From Meyerozyma guilliermondii (taxonomy: Eukaryota), in NCBI GenBank assembly GCA_051546255.1, contig CP128817.1:806001-870000 (forward strand): a stretch of DNA of 64,000 bases. Direction: 5' to 3'. A model generated the notes under the pieces. The model searched no databases. It was not told where the DNA came from and was given only the letters and a program-made list of their open reading frames with translations. This document shows, piece by piece, positions 30,701 to 41,838 of this stretch; position 1 is the first letter of the stretch, and every line of letters begins with the position of its first letter. The translations under genes and the position numbers were made by a program.

Positions 30701-30829
30701 TGGATTGATTTGAATGGGTGCGAAGTGCGAATTGGTGCGATCTGAAATTCGAATAAATACTGTGCGAATACTTGAGCGAATACTTGCAAACAGATTCATT
30801 AACCTTATCAATGATACCGTATATTTAGC

Positions 30830-31228
30830 CTAGGATGCAAGTTTCGACCTAACGGCGTCATTCTTGGCATTTTCAATTTCGTCCATCGCAGCCCTATCTC
30901 GCTCAAGACGTCTCCGCTCACGAAGCTGCCATTCTATATACTCTTTTTCTGGATCGATATCGTCAGTATCGTCTACTTGCACCACTTGTTCGCGGGTGAT
31001 TTTTTGCTGGAATTCTGCCTTCTTAAGTACTTGTGATTTTGCCTGTTGCAGCCGGCTGCCAAATGTCTCTGGTTTCCCCGCATGGCTGCGTTTCACGTAA
31101 ACCGGTCGGGCCACCATAGATGAGCCCTCGGAACTGGAGGTGGAACCACTGGATTCCGACCCTGAGTCTGCATCCGACTCGGAACTACTGCAGTGCGTGG
31201 CGTCGTGGGTTTGTTCCGTCGTGCCCAT
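30830..31228 (-). CDS. SPP381: MFAP1/Spp381-like splicing factor
   Basis: DDTDDIDPEKEYIEWQLRERRRLERDR is the MFAP1 core motif. RPB5-RIB7-SPP381 are also neighbours in S. cerevisiae. Confidence 0.75.
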   Translation of the reverse strand: MGTTEQTHDATHCSSSESDADSGSESSGSTSSSEGSSMVARPVYVKRSHAGKPETFGSRLQQAKSQVLKKAEFQQKITREQVVQVDDTDDIDPEKEYIEWQLRERRRLERDRAAMDEIENAKNDAVRSKLAS

Positions 31229-31355
31229 ACTTACGCATGCCAACAAATTAAATTGGTGGTTTTTGGGATTCACAATGAGCGCGACATTTTGGTTGTTGAT
31301 TTTTTGAACCGCGGGTCGCGATGATTTCTCAACCATCTACTCTCTTTCAATTTTA

Positions 31356-32354
31356 ATGTCACTTTTGCCCACTTTAGACACGCCATTCGGCATCAAATTG
31401 TGGCCTCTTTTTGACCAGGCTGTTGCCGCGGCAACCCAGGGCTCATTTGTTCCTTCGAAATTTGAATTTATACGCGGCGAAACCATTTTGAGCACATTTC
31501 CTCCAGTTGCCGGAGCCATTGCTGGCTACTATTTGGTGATTTTCGGGGGTAATTATTTATTCAAGAAGTTTGGAATCAAGGGTTTTGTGCTCAATGGGCT
31601 TTTTCAACTTCATAATTTGATTTTGACATCGTTGTCGTTGACGTTGTTGGTTTTGATGGCTGAACAATTAATCCCCATTATTGGACATCACGGACTTTTC
31701 TATGCCATTTGCCACCCTAACGCTTGGACTCAGCAGCTTGAATGCTTGTACTTTCTCAATTATTTGACCAAATTCACCGAGTTTATTGACACGGTTTTCT
31801 TGGTGGTCAAGCAAAAAAGATTGACATTTTTGCACACCTACCACCACGGAGCCACCGCGTTGTTGTGTTTCACTCAGTTGATTGGAAAGACTCCTATCTC
31901 GTGGGTACCAATCACCCTCAACTTGGGAGTTCACGTGGTGATGTATTGGTACTACTTTTTGGCAGCTCGTGGAATTCGCGTTTGGTGGAAAGAATGGGTT
32001 ACACGGTTCCAAATCATCCAGTTTGTTTTGGACTTGGGTTTCGTTTACTTTGCCACCTACCAGAAGCTCGTGCACACTTATTTGCCTAAGGGACAAAAAT
32101 TCTTGCCCACTTGTGGTGATTGTGCTGGTTCCATGTTGGCAGCGTATTCTGGATGCGCCATCTTATCTTCGTATTTGGTGTTGTTTATTGCGTTCTACAT
32201 CGATGTCTACCGTAAGAAGGACTCGAGAAGATCCAAGAGAGTCAAGTCGGTGTCGGGAGGCTACGCCGCCCAGGTCAACACCTATGTCTACACCACCGGA
32301 AGAGACTCTCCTACCCCACAGCCAGAAGCCAATCTCAAGTCCAGAAAGGCTTAA
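31356..32354 (+). CDS. FEN1: Fatty acid elongase (Elo2/Fen1 type)
   Basis: KFTEFIDT, FLHTYHHGAT, NLGVHVVMYWYY and WVTRFQIIQF. Confidence 0.85.
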   Translation: MSLLPTLDTPFGIKLWPLFDQAVAAATQGSFVPSKFEFIRGETILSTFPPVAGAIAGYYLVIFGGNYLFKKFGIKGFVLNGLFQLHNLILTSLSLTLLVLMAEQLIPIIGHHGLFYAICHPNAWTQQLECLYFLNYLTKFTEFIDTVFLVVKQKRLTFLHTYHHGATALLCFTQLIGKTPISWVPITLNLGVHVVMYWYYFLAARGIRVWWKEWVTRFQIIQFVLDLGFVYFATYQKLVHTYLPKGQKFLPTCGDCAGSMLAAYSGCAILSSYLVLFIAFYIDVYRKKDSRRSKRVKSVSGGYAAQVNTYVYTTGRDSPTPQPEANLKSRKA

Positions 32355-32365
32355 GGATGTGTAGT

Positions 32366-33325
32366 TTATTTGATATCGTTAAACCAAGGTATGCCCTCCG
32401 CTGCACCTTTTCTCTGGATAGCCAATGCACTGGCTTTTGTAGCAAACGAAACAGCATCTTGTAGTGAAGATTTCTGTGCCAATTGCAGAACTATGCCTCC
32501 GAAAAACGTGTCTCCTGCGCCCGTTGTATCGACAATATTTTCCACTTTTGATGCTGGTGTGAAGCTGGCCCCTTCTTTAGTGGAATAGCAACATCCCTGG
32601 CCGCCCATGGTAATTATGGCACTGCTACAGTTGGACTGGTGCAATTTTCTCTGCAACGCACTGGCCAACTTTTTCATATTATCCACACTTTCTTCCGTTT
32701 TTTCGTTCAAATTGAGGGTCCTGGCAATATCAGCGGCTTCCCCTTCGTTAACAATGAGCAAATCTATTTGTTTCATGATCTCTGGGTCGGCAATTTCTTC
32801 TTTAAATGGGGAAGGATTATAGGCAATATTCACTCTGGGTTTATTGGCCTTCAACCACGAAATGGTCTTGAAAGTGTCTGGATATTCGTTTTGGAGAATC
32901 ACATAGTCGCCATCTTCCGTCTCGGAAAATATCGACTGGTACTCTTCTTCGGTTGGCTTCAATTCACCATTTGCACCCGCTGTAATCAAGATGCGATTCT
33001 CTCCATTTGTCTCAACAAGAATGACAGCAACGCCCGAACTTATTCCTTTGATCTCTTTCACGTAGTCTACATTGACGTTGGAATCGACCAAGGCTTGCTT
33101 GGGTTCCTTGCCAAACGAATCTTCACCGATATTTCCAACCATTCTGATGTTCGTGGTGGAATTCGGCGCCGATAGACGAGAGGCCGCCAACGCCTCGTTG
33201 AGACCTTTTCCTCCTAGGTGATTTTCAAACGAAATGGCTTGGTACGTCTCGCCCGGACCCGGAACCTTGTTGGTGTAGGTGACGAGGTCGTAGTTTAGGG
33301 ACCCTACTACTGTGATGGAAGGCAT
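32366..33325 (-). CDS. RBK1: Ribokinase (PfkB family)
   Basis: VVGSLNYDL, GGKGLNEA, VNEGEA and DTTGAGDTF. Confidence 0.93.
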   Translation of the reverse strand: MPSITVVGSLNYDLVTYTNKVPGPGETYQAISFENHLGGKGLNEALAASRLSAPNSTTNIRMVGNIGEDSFGKEPKQALVDSNVNVDYVKEIKGISSGVAVILVETNGENRILITAGANGELKPTEEEYQSIFSETEDGDYVILQNEYPDTFKTISWLKANKPRVNIAYNPSPFKEEIADPEIMKQIDLLIVNEGEAADIARTLNLNEKTEESVDNMKKLASALQRKLHQSNCSSAIITMGGQGCCYSTKEGASFTPASKVENIVDTTGAGDTFFGGIVLQLAQKSSLQDAVSFATKASALAIQRKGAAEGIPWFNDIK

Positions 33326-33643
33326 GGAGAGTCGCAGTGAAATTTGGATTTGTAGGTGTGGTGCATATAGGAGAGAGAGAGCGAGGGTGAATAAATCGAG
33401 TAAGAGAAGTGAGAGTGAAATAAAGACGAATCAAGTAAGTATGCTTTTGAACAGAAATTAACAGTGAAGGTCAGAAACGAAGTACGATACCTCTCCTTTA
33501 CTAAAAAGTGGATAGAGTGTAAATTAGCGTACTTCAACATGTAAATGAAAATACTTCTAAGTTTAATGAGAATTCTCTACTTGTAAAATGAGTATACTTC
33601 TCCAGATAAATTTATGACATTTATATATATTGTCATAAATTCT

Positions 33644-36319
33644 CTAAGACCTTCCCGCTTGCTGTCTCTTCAACTTCAACTTCTCGGCATAGGTCATGGG
33701 CTTGGCCTCTGCTGGAGCGGCTGGGGTAATCGCAGCCTTTCTCGATGCTACTTCGGCCTCGACGTTTTGACGTCTCTTCAACATTTCGGCATCTTTTTCT
33801 CTTTGGAGACGAATTTCCTCCTTCAATTTGGCCAATTCCTCTTCTTTCTGTCTGCGACGAGCCTCTTCCTGTTCGGCTTGAATTTGCTCTCTCTTTCTCT
33901 GGGCAAGTTCTTCAATACGTTCTCTCTTGATTTGTTCAATTCTCTCTTGCTTTGCTCTTTCAAGTTGTGCCTTCGCTTCCGCTTGCAATTGCTTGAGCTT
34001 ATCTTTGTTCTTCGCATTGATCTCACTCTTAAACTCAGAATAATCTGGAACAAGACGAGTGAACCGCTCCTTCAAAGCGTGGGCTTCTTCGAAATCCTTC
34101 TTGGCCTTGGCTATTTTATTGGCCTTGACAAGTTCGTAGTTTTTGGCTTCCTGTTCAATCTGGGCTTCGGCATCCTTCTCCAAGTACTGGAGCTCGTATC
34201 TGCGGAAAGCACGCTCGGTATGGTCGGTTTTCTTGCTCAACGCACGCAACTTTTCTTCCAAGTTCTTCTTGTCTTTGTTCAATTGCTCAATTTGCATGAT
34301 TCTCAACTTGTCGGTATCAAGGTTTTCCAAGTTGTCCAAGTCAATTTTGATGATTCCCTTGGCGTTGATTTCCTCGGCAATCTTTCTCTTTTCCCGCTCT
34401 CTGATCAAGTGCTTTTCTCTCTCCAATTTCTCCAAACTTCTTCTTTCCTGCTCTGCAAGCATTCTCTCCTGCTCGGCCTTTTGTTCGGCGCTCAACCGTT
34501 CCAGCTTCAACCTGGCGGCTTCTTCGTCTTGCTTCCGCTTGGCCACATCGATCACACGCTTTCTCTCATCCATAACCTTCACTCTGTTGGCAATTTCTTC
34601 CTGCTCTTCCGAGATTCCAGCCACAGCACGTTTCACGGCGGCTTCACGACTGGCTTCAAGACGACGAGCATTTTCGGGATCAATGGTGTCGACGGTCTTG
34701 GACAAAGTGTAGGCGAATTTTTGCAATTGCGATCTGACCAATTCAGCTGGCGAGATTTGCAATCTACTGGTCAAGGAATCGCTCAAAGAATCTTCAAATG
34801 GACTGGATTTGAACGTCACCACACCCGACTCATGGTCAATTGTCAAAGCTAAATGACCCTCTTTCGTGGCTATAGCAATCAAATTTTCCACTTCCAAAGC
34901 TGACAATGTGTACTCGGTGCCTTCAAAGATACCCAAGGATACCAAAAAGTCCAACTTGACAGTTTCATAAACCTGGGAAACTTGCTGGAAAATGCGCACC
35001 AGGACAACCTCAGTCAAGGTTTTGATGTAATGCTTGTAATCCTTGTCTGCTTCGATTTCCTTGAACAAAGCAGCAATTTCCTTCTTGATGGTCAAAGGAT
35101 GGAAGTTGTTTTCGCCCAAAACATCGAACAATTTCTTGACACAAGGATCCACAAAACTGAGAATTTGACGACTGACAATCAGCTTCAACAAACTGTCGCG
35201 AGTAGGTACATGGCTCAAATTAAGAAGCGACGACAACTTGGCGTTTTTGGCCCGATGGTCGTCCACCACCGTCTCGTTGCTGTTCAGACTGCGCTGGGGA
35301 ATCGACAAGGTGGAAAGGACGAGAATAGAAGCGTAATGGCTCAATTCGTCGTCGGTAGCGTTGGGAGACTGCGAGTACAAATTGAAAAACTTGTTCCAGG
35401 CAGCGGCGTGGAAAAGCCCGTTGTCGCTCACGGCGAAGATTCTTGCCAAGTTCTCGTAGTAGTTGGCCATCATGACTGGCTTGGGTGTTTTCTTAGAAGC
35501 GGTGATCAAAGTGTGAACATCGTCCACCGATCTGAAAGATTCCTGCCATAATTCCAATTTGACCGAGATGTTCAATTGCGAAAATCTCTGGTCGAGGTAC
35601 CGCTGGATGGTCTCCGAGTCCGACAAGTCGATGGCATTGGTGGTGCCGGCGGTCTTGGGCTGGGTGGTGACGGTTTGGATGTGTGCTCTCAACAACTCAC
35701 ACAATCTTCTAAACTCCGCTTTACGGTTGAAACGGAAACAAAACTGGAACGCCTGGTTGACGATGGTGGAGTACGTGACCTCGGTTTTGGAGTTGTTTCG
35801 TAAAATATCCAAAACAGCACGGAAAGCTTCCCACAAAAATCTCAACCATGGAGTCACCAATTCTCTTTCGGTTCTATCGGCCGTATCGGTGTTGGACACA
35901 GCAGACATCAAGATACTTTCAGGGGTTTGCGAGGTTTCGAGATCCTCGTCCTCGTCTTGGTCAATTTTAATATCAGCCTTTGCCTGAGCGTCGTTCAATT
36001 TTTTTTCAGCCAAATCAACAAACCGTTTAACGACAACTTGAACAGACTCCAATCCGTTTTCTGACATTTGAACGTTCTTCTTGTACTGGTGCAACGCATC
36101 CTTGGCAAGCTTTCCCTTTCTCAAATCAACGGCAAGCTCCATAAGAAGTAAGGCAATGGGCTCAAGATCCTCAACTTGAAGGTAACGAATTCTCTTGGAA
36201 GTGATAAATTCGTACAAGGTTTCCAAAGCAGCCTCGCGCTTGTCGACGGCGATCAAGTCTTCTGCCCTCTTGAGGACATTTTCCGGCCGGAAATTGTGGT
36301 TTCTATGTGGCGGAGGCAT
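33644..36319 (-). CDS. RPG1: Translation initiation factor eIF3 subunit a
   Basis: [40 protein letters not shown] and a long C-terminal coiled coil. Confidence 0.95.
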   Translation of the reverse strand: MPPPHRNHNFRPENVLKRAEDLIAVDKREAALETLYEFITSKRIRYLQVEDLEPIALLLMELAVDLRKGKLAKDALHQYKKNVQMSENGLESVQVVVKRFVDLAEKKLNDAQAKADIKIDQDEDEDLETSQTPESILMSAVSNTDTADRTERELVTPWLRFLWEAFRAVLDILRNNSKTEVTYSTIVNQAFQFCFRFNRKAEFRRLCELLRAHIQTVTTQPKTAGTTNAIDLSDSETIQRYLDQRFSQLNISVKLELWQESFRSVDDVHTLITASKKTPKPVMMANYYENLARIFAVSDNGLFHAAAWNKFFNLYSQSPNATDDELSHYASILVLSTLSIPQRSLNSNETVVDDHRAKNAKLSSLLNLSHVPTRDSLLKLIVSRQILSFVDPCVKKLFDVLGENNFHPLTIKKEIAALFKEIEADKDYKHYIKTLTEVVLVRIFQQVSQVYETVKLDFLVSLGIFEGTEYTLSALEVENLIAIATKEGHLALTIDHESGVVTFKSSPFEDSLSDSLTSRLQISPAELVRSQLQKFAYTLSKTVDTIDPENARRLEASREAAVKRAVAGISEEQEEIANRVKVMDERKRVIDVAKRKQDEEAARLKLERLSAEQKAEQERMLAEQERRSLEKLEREKHLIREREKRKIAEEINAKGIIKIDLDNLENLDTDKLRIMQIEQLNKDKKNLEEKLRALSKKTDHTERAFRRYELQYLEKDAEAQIEQEAKNYELVKANKIAKAKKDFEEAHALKERFTRLVPDYSEFKSEINAKNKDKLKQLQAEAKAQLERAKQERIEQIKRERIEELAQRKREQIQAEQEEARRRQKEEELAKLKEEIRLQREKDAEMLKRRQNVEAEVASRKAAITPAAPAEAKPMTYAEKLKLKRQQAGRS

Positions 36320-36432
36320 AGTTGACGTGAAGAAGATTTGTGGAAAAAAGCGATGAAAAATTGGTGCGTGCAGGAAAAAAGTAGAGGAAGAAACTTCGAT
36401 TATTGAGCTAAATGAAAGTAATGTATTTTAGG

Positions 36433-37293
36433 CTAGAACGGCGGAAACTTGGCTTCCATCTCCCCAACGCTCTTCTGAAGCTGGTCTTTGCTAAGTAAAA
36501 TCAAACTCAATTGCGGATCGAGTCCGTACTCGGTGAACACTCTTCGAGAGTCGGTTTCTTGTGATACATGTGTGTAGGGGTAGTAGCCATGGTGGATGGA
36601 ATTGGCTTCGAGTACGAGGTCTTCGTAGTGGAAATAATCCATTTCTTTGGTTGTATCTGCACCAGCCTTCTTTTTTTTGGTGGTTTTTGCATCTTCTTGT
36701 TCTTTGGCTGCAACCATCTCGTAAACTTTGGACACTACAAGGAAGTAGTCGAACTCATATTTTTCATGGGCGTCCTCAGCGCTCTCCATTTCCTCGTGCA
36801 ACATCTTGTACATGGGGGGAACAACTTCCACGGGCATATTGATGAGTCTTTCACTGACGATAAGTGCAACTTTATTCTTTTTGTCGCCTAGTAATTTTCG
36901 AAGTAAAACATTGAATTTAGGCTGGTTGTTGGTCTTGTCCAAGACATATGCCACGAGTTTTTTCACGGTGGAGTTTTCCAAATTGTTCGAGATGTTAATC
37001 ACAGAAAGAAGTGCAAATGGATCGCTTTCTTTACCATCAGTTTTTATACATGTACCCACGGAATTGTCCTTCAAGATCAAGTCTGCCAACGACGAGAGGT
37101 CAAACTCCACAGAATCATCGCCAAACAACTGTCTCAAGAGGTTTTTCGTGGCGTGGAAATCGACGTCTGGATTCAAGTCGAAGAAATCAAAGTCTACATT
37201 CACGGTTTCTTCCTCGATTTCTTCCTGTTCGATCTCCGGCTCCGAGTCCGTGGAGCTGACGTCGATATCGGAGTCGTCCTGTTTTCTTTTCAT
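36433..37293 (-). CDS. BCP1: Bcp1 (BCCIP family)
   Basis: [22 protein letters not shown] and [16 protein letters not shown]. Confidence 0.93.
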   Translation of the reverse strand: MKRKQDDSDIDVSSTDSEPEIEQEEIEEETVNVDFDFFDLNPDVDFHATKNLLRQLFGDDSVEFDLSSLADLILKDNSVGTCIKTDGKESDPFALLSVINISNNLENSTVKKLVAYVLDKTNNQPKFNVLLRKLLGDKKNKVALIVSERLINMPVEVVPPMYKMLHEEMESAEDAHEKYEFDYFLVVSKVYEMVAAKEQEDAKTTKKKKAGADTTKEMDYFHYEDLVLEANSIHHGYYPYTHVSQETDSRRVFTEYGLDPQLSLILLSKDQLQKSVGEMEAKFPPF

Positions 37294-37308
37294 CAAAAAT
37301 ACGGTAAA

Positions 37309-37373
37309 GAGATGAGGTTAATTAACTTCGCGTTGAGATTGATTTTCGCAGCACTTTCGATTCAGCTCATCTC
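37309..37373. promoter_or_regulatory. Two PAC-like elements (GAGATGAG at 37309, GCTCATCTC at 37365) in the 99-bp divergent BCP1/CDC40 promoter
   Basis: GATGAG cores upstream of a ribosome-biogenesis gene. Confidence 0.5.
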
Positions 37374-37392
37374 AGTGAGTCCATCGCATTTC

Positions 37393-38811
37393 ATGGATGC
37401 GTTAGCGGGATATAGTTCGAGCTCTGACGACACCAGTGTGCCATTGCTACCTGAAGTAAACCAGAGACTCGAATTGGCGCCGAAAACTAAGCTGCATCAA
37501 AATTTTGAACAACCTCAATTTCACCAGGGTGGTACCTTTGCAAACAGGGTGGAGAGAGAATACTACGATAATGCTACTTTGACGAGCCAAAAATCATACA
37601 AGAGGTCGGGAGAGCAGAAGCGAGCCGCCAAGCGACTCAAAAAGGAAAGAAAGAAAAAAACATCCAAAGACGACTCGGAGTTTCTCGGGCCTTGGGCCGG
37701 GTATGAAAGTGACAATGAAGCACAACAGTACGAAAGTTTTGGAGAAGAAGATGAAGAAAAGATAACAGAAGGAAAAGAAGATTTGGAGCTGGACTCAGAT
37801 ATGCCAACTACTCAGCATTTTGTGGACTTGTATTTAACTCCACCAGAAGACGTTGAAATTGATTTTTCCAAAAAACCAGGTAGCCAAGTGTTTCAGGTTC
37901 CTACACGGGTAGCCACCAAGCTCGATGGACATTCGAAGGGAGTCACAAAATTGAGATTATTTCCCAATTCTGGGCACCTTCTCTTGTCGTGTGGTAACGA
38001 TTCGGAGATCAAATTGTGGGACATGTACCATGAAAATAATCTTCTAAGAGCATACTACGGACACTCACAGGCGGTCAAAGACATTTGTTTTACGAGCTCA
38101 GGCCAAAAATTTATAAGTTGTGGTTTTGACAAAAGAGTAATTGTGTGGAATACGAAAAGTGGTGCGATTGAAAAATCCATGGTTCTCGAAGCCATACCCA
38201 ATTGTCTACTACTCAACCCTAATAACGAGCACGAGTTGTTGGTGGCACTCTCCAATAGCAAAATCCACCATTTTGACTTGAGCTCAGAAAGCTATAAAGA
38301 CCCTATCCAAACTTATGATCACCACCAAAGTTCCGTGAATTTTCTCATGACAGTCGACTCCAACAAACGGTTTTTGTCCACCTCTGACGACAAATCTGTT
38401 CGAATATGGGACTGGCAAATCAATATTCCCATCAAGATCATCTCGGAGCCGGATCTGCACTCCATACCTCGAGGAATTGTTAGTCGTAATTTTGGTGAGA
38501 TCGCACTTCAAAGTATGGCTTCGTCCATCGATGTGGTTCAAGGACACGGGAAGTTTCGTACCACAGCCAAGAAGTTCAGAGGACATAGCGTATCGGGATA
38601 CGCCGTGGATATCAATTTTTCTGCTGACGGAAGAGTAATTATGAGTGGCGATAGTCGGGGGTTGGGAGTGTTCTGGGACTGGAACTCAGGCAAACTCATC
38701 AAGAAATTGAAGGTAAGTACCAAGGTGATTAGTTGCATAGAGCCACACCCGCAAGAGCCATCCACGGTGGTAATGGCTGGGCTGACGGGTGAGATATATA
38801 TATGTAAGTGA
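37393..38811 (+). CDS. CDC40: Pre-mRNA splicing factor Prp17/Cdc40 (WD40)
   Basis: FLGPWA, GHSKGV..L..FP.SGHLLLS, QTYDHH, STSDDKSVRIW...INIPIK and KKFRGH..SGY. Confidence 0.9.
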   Translation: MDALAGYSSSSDDTSVPLLPEVNQRLELAPKTKLHQNFEQPQFHQGGTFANRVEREYYDNATLTSQKSYKRSGEQKRAAKRLKKERKKKTSKDDSEFLGPWAGYESDNEAQQYESFGEEDEEKITEGKEDLELDSDMPTTQHFVDLYLTPPEDVEIDFSKKPGSQVFQVPTRVATKLDGHSKGVTKLRLFPNSGHLLLSCGNDSEIKLWDMYHENNLLRAYYGHSQAVKDICFTSSGQKFISCGFDKRVIVWNTKSGAIEKSMVLEAIPNCLLLNPNNEHELLVALSNSKIHHFDLSSESYKDPIQTYDHHQSSVNFLMTVDSNKRFLSTSDDKSVRIWDWQINIPIKIISEPDLHSIPRGIVSRNFGEIALQSMASSIDVVQGHGKFRTTAKKFRGHSVSGYAVDINFSADGRVIMSGDSRGLGVFWDWNSGKLIKKLKVSTKVISCIEPHPQEPSTVVMAGLTGEIYICK

Positions 38812-39342
38812 CGAGTCTATATTATGATGAAAATCAATGGTTCATATGACATCTCATGGCCGGGGAGACTGGATTTCTGAATGGTTCATTGGAATCATCT
38901 AGTGTTTATCTGTAGTTGAATGAATCTTGATCTTCAGTTGATTCTGTAGCTTGGTGTGATTGGATAGAATCAGCTTGATATAACTTTGACCCAGATCTTA
39001 AGAATCTTGTAGTATAAATTTGATTCTTCAGTATACTCGTTAGTATGATTTTTAGTAATGTATCAAATATGATCTTCTGACTCACCAGTAAAGTCTGATT
39101 CAAAAATTTTGTGGTTCATTTGACCGGTCCAGTTTATCATAGGCAGTTATAACGTGGTTATTTCATCTGATCTAAAATGGGTTTTGACACATTTGGAAAG
39201 ACATTTTGTGCTTCAGAACCACATATCTTTAGCTGTAAATATAGACATTGACTTAAGCATTTGTGAGCAATCTGGACGGATCATTATCCCAGTTTGATCC
39301 AAACTTTAATCCAAAATGACAACTGTAATGGTTGAACTCCTG

Positions 39343-41568
39343 TTATACCACCACACATCTTTCCTTTTTATGGTCCTCTTTATTCTTTTTGCGCCGATGG
39401 AACCCTTTGTGAGGTTTCTTTTCGTCTTTACTTTCCACTTTTTTACTCATTTCCACCTTTTTTTCGTCAATTTGTGGAGCCAACTTTGCCTCTGTCTTCA
39501 GCATCTTTCCATTAGGAATTGTTGCATTAGTTGCCGTGCTCCATTGGCTGTTTCGGCGAATTTGGGGACCCATGCTGACGCTGTACTCGCGGTTACGGCT
39601 CTTGGAAACTGTGGGCAATTCTTTATAATACAGTTTGTTCTCGTCGGTGACGTACCAGAAATACTTGCTGCGAATATCGACAAACCGGCTGTCGAGAGGA
39701 GTGATATCTGGAATTGGAATGCTAGCGACACTAGCCACGGTGCTTGTTTTGCGAAGAGAACTCGACTCGTTCAAATTATCAGTACTAACAATGGGAGAAA
39801 GGGTCTCGTTCCAGTACTTATTTCGGGCTCCTTGCTGGACAATGAACGGCTTGGTGGTGCTACTTCCCCTGGTTCTGATGCTGGAATTGGCACTTTCGAG
39901 TACCTCGTCGTTGGAAACCAACCGATAAAACAAAATATACGGCCATTCTTTGTCAAAAACTTCTTTAAATGTTTTTTGAACCACACGGCCCTTTTTCGCC
40001 ATATCGTCATATAGCATCCATGGCGCCGAATGGGCTTCTTCACATGAAATATCGCTCAGATCTTTACGGATTGCCGACACAAAATGACCAGACGAAATGG
40101 AAGTGCCGCGGTGACAAACGGCGCTTTCCAAGATGAGCTTGTATTCTCCAGGAATATCGGCGTTTTCTTCGTCGGCCACAAATTCTGGAAGATTTATGAC
40201 GGGAGGAACGATTATGCGGCGCAGAGACCTTTTGGCTGTTGAAGACACGGAGCTGAACGAGTACCGCTTGAGACAAATTGGCAATATGGGTCGGCGATCC
40301 ACAAACTCTCGTGAATTTTTCGCAAGACTAATATCGTTTTTTTCAGAAACAATATTGTCGTCGGTGTAAAATGGCATGAGCCGGAGAAACATCCATGCCG
40401 ACAAATTGACCTCCTTAGGTTTGCCCTTGTCCAGGTCTTCCAACGACCAAATAGAGAGGGTAGAAGATCGGGTTCGCACCGAGATTCTCGTCGTGCTAAC
40501 TTTGCTATCCGAACGTTTCCGGGCAAGATTAACATCTGAGGACGAAGCCCGGCGCTCACGCACTCCTCCTATGTCCTCTATCAAGTCCTGAGACGGTTTT
40601 TCGCGGACAATTGTTGAGTTTTCGTCGACGGTGGGCACCACATCAACGGACCCGGATTTGGGCTGGGGAGGGCTTTTTAAGAGAATATTTTCGAGTGTTG
40701 CTCGACGCTCTAGTTCCCGCTTGACGCTGATGGAGTTGTTGAAGTAGTGCTCGAGGCATTCCTCTAGGAGAATGTCGTCGGTGCCTTCTTCTGGTAGACT
40801 GACGAAAAGAATGCGTTCTTTTGAGATCTTCAAGTCGTCTTCCTCGCTGAACTTTCCGCCGTGCTGGATCTCGATTTTAAACGTGAGCAACGGCATGGCA
40901 AGGGTTTCTGTCAAAAACTCAAACATTGCAGCTGAGTCCTGCTGTTTGTGAGACATGGCTTCTTCAAAACCGAGCGCCAGAAGCACCTCGCAAATCCTCA
41001 TAGTGATGTCCCTGGTGATAAGGTTTCCAGACCGGAGAAGATTCACATAGAGACGAAGAAGCGCCGAAAGCCTTGTTACCATGGCATTGGGGTGCTGGTT
41101 GGAAATGAACAAAATGGGCTCGAAACTCTCGAGATTCGCAAACATGGCAAAGAGCAACGCGTCCAAATAACACATGACATTTTCCCAATTTTCGGCTCCC
41201 ACATAGTTGATGAGCCCGCCTATCCGGTCCTGGTTCTGGTTGGTCAAAAAGAACCCGTCTCGACTGACCTGGAAGAATCTGATCAAAAAAAATGTCCGTG
41301 TAACATCGCCAAAAGTGAACGGAGACTTGAGCAAAGCCACTATCTGGGTGGTAGGCGGTATGGGAAGCTTCAATGCCTCAAAATACTTGATTATAGTGGC
41401 CACAGCAGGCGAGGAAGATGTGTATTTTTTGGGGCTGACAGGAGCAAAATCTCCGGACGATTGTAGTGTTGATGAATTCAAGCTGTCGAGATAGGAGCGC
41501 CAGAACGACTCGTCAAATGGCTCGTGGACATGGGTTGTGGGGATTTCGTGGTTGTTTCGGTCCCCCAT
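39343..41568 (-). CDS. USP-family (CYLD-like) deubiquitinase with C-terminal CaaX
   Basis: Cys box NVMCYLDALLFAMF, QQD motif, His box AVCHRG.SISSGHFVS, W..YDDM, and the ending KKERCVVV*. Start placed at MGDRN. Confidence 0.8.
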   Translation of the reverse strand: MGDRNNHEIPTTHVHEPFDESFWRSYLDSLNSSTLQSSGDFAPVSPKKYTSSSPAVATIIKYFEALKLPIPPTTQIVALLKSPFTFGDVTRTFFLIRFFQVSRDGFFLTNQNQDRIGGLINYVGAENWENVMCYLDALLFAMFANLESFEPILFISNQHPNAMVTRLSALLRLYVNLLRSGNLITRDITMRICEVLLALGFEEAMSHKQQDSAAMFEFLTETLAMPLLTFKIEIQHGGKFSEEDDLKISKERILFVSLPEEGTDDILLEECLEHYFNNSISVKRELERRATLENILLKSPPQPKSGSVDVVPTVDENSTIVREKPSQDLIEDIGGVRERRASSSDVNLARKRSDSKVSTTRISVRTRSSTLSIWSLEDLDKGKPKEVNLSAWMFLRLMPFYTDDNIVSEKNDISLAKNSREFVDRRPILPICLKRYSFSSVSSTAKRSLRRIIVPPVINLPEFVADEENADIPGEYKLILESAVCHRGTSISSGHFVSAIRKDLSDISCEEAHSAPWMLYDDMAKKGRVVQKTFKEVFDKEWPYILFYRLVSNDEVLESANSSIRTRGSSTTKPFIVQQGARNKYWNETLSPIVSTDNLNESSSLRKTSTVASVASIPIPDITPLDSRFVDIRSKYFWYVTDENKLYYKELPTVSKSRNREYSVSMGPQIRRNSQWSTATNATIPNGKMLKTEAKLAPQIDEKKVEMSKKVESKDEKKPHKGFHRRKKNKEDHKKERCVVV

Positions 41569-41838
41569 TAGGGAAGGCGGTGGGGCTGGAGATAGTGAAG
41601 GTGAGTTGATTCGCGAAAGCGAAAAGCGAAAATGCGAAAGATACGAAATGAAAAAATGTGAGATACGAATTGAGAAAGTGTGGCAGAATAAATATAGCAT
41701 CATATGAATTGGCTATGGGTCATAGAATTTTGTCATGAGATCTAAGATCTGAAGGTGATGAAGATGACATAAAGAGGATGCTCAATAAGCTTTTCGTTTT
41801 ACCATTTTTCGCGGTATCGCTCCGCTCACCGCTCACCG

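Noticed and set aside
31180..31240. GTAAGT donor-like sequence at the SPP381-like start
   Set aside because: No branch-point consensus, and the candidate splices do not restore the frame.
33614..34852. 412-aa plus-strand ORF
   Set aside because: Antisense shadow of the Lys/Glu-rich eIF3a coiled coil. Its Leu/Phe-rich composition follows from the sense codon usage.
38824..38880. Possible box C/D snoRNA (ATGATGA...CTGA)
   Set aside because: Only 57 nt, about 12 nt after the CDC40 stop, with a weak terminal stem and no rRNA-complementary guide that I could recognise.
39039..39045. TACTAAC branch-point sequence on the minus strand
   Set aside because: No convincing donor site, exon or intronic snoRNA found around it.
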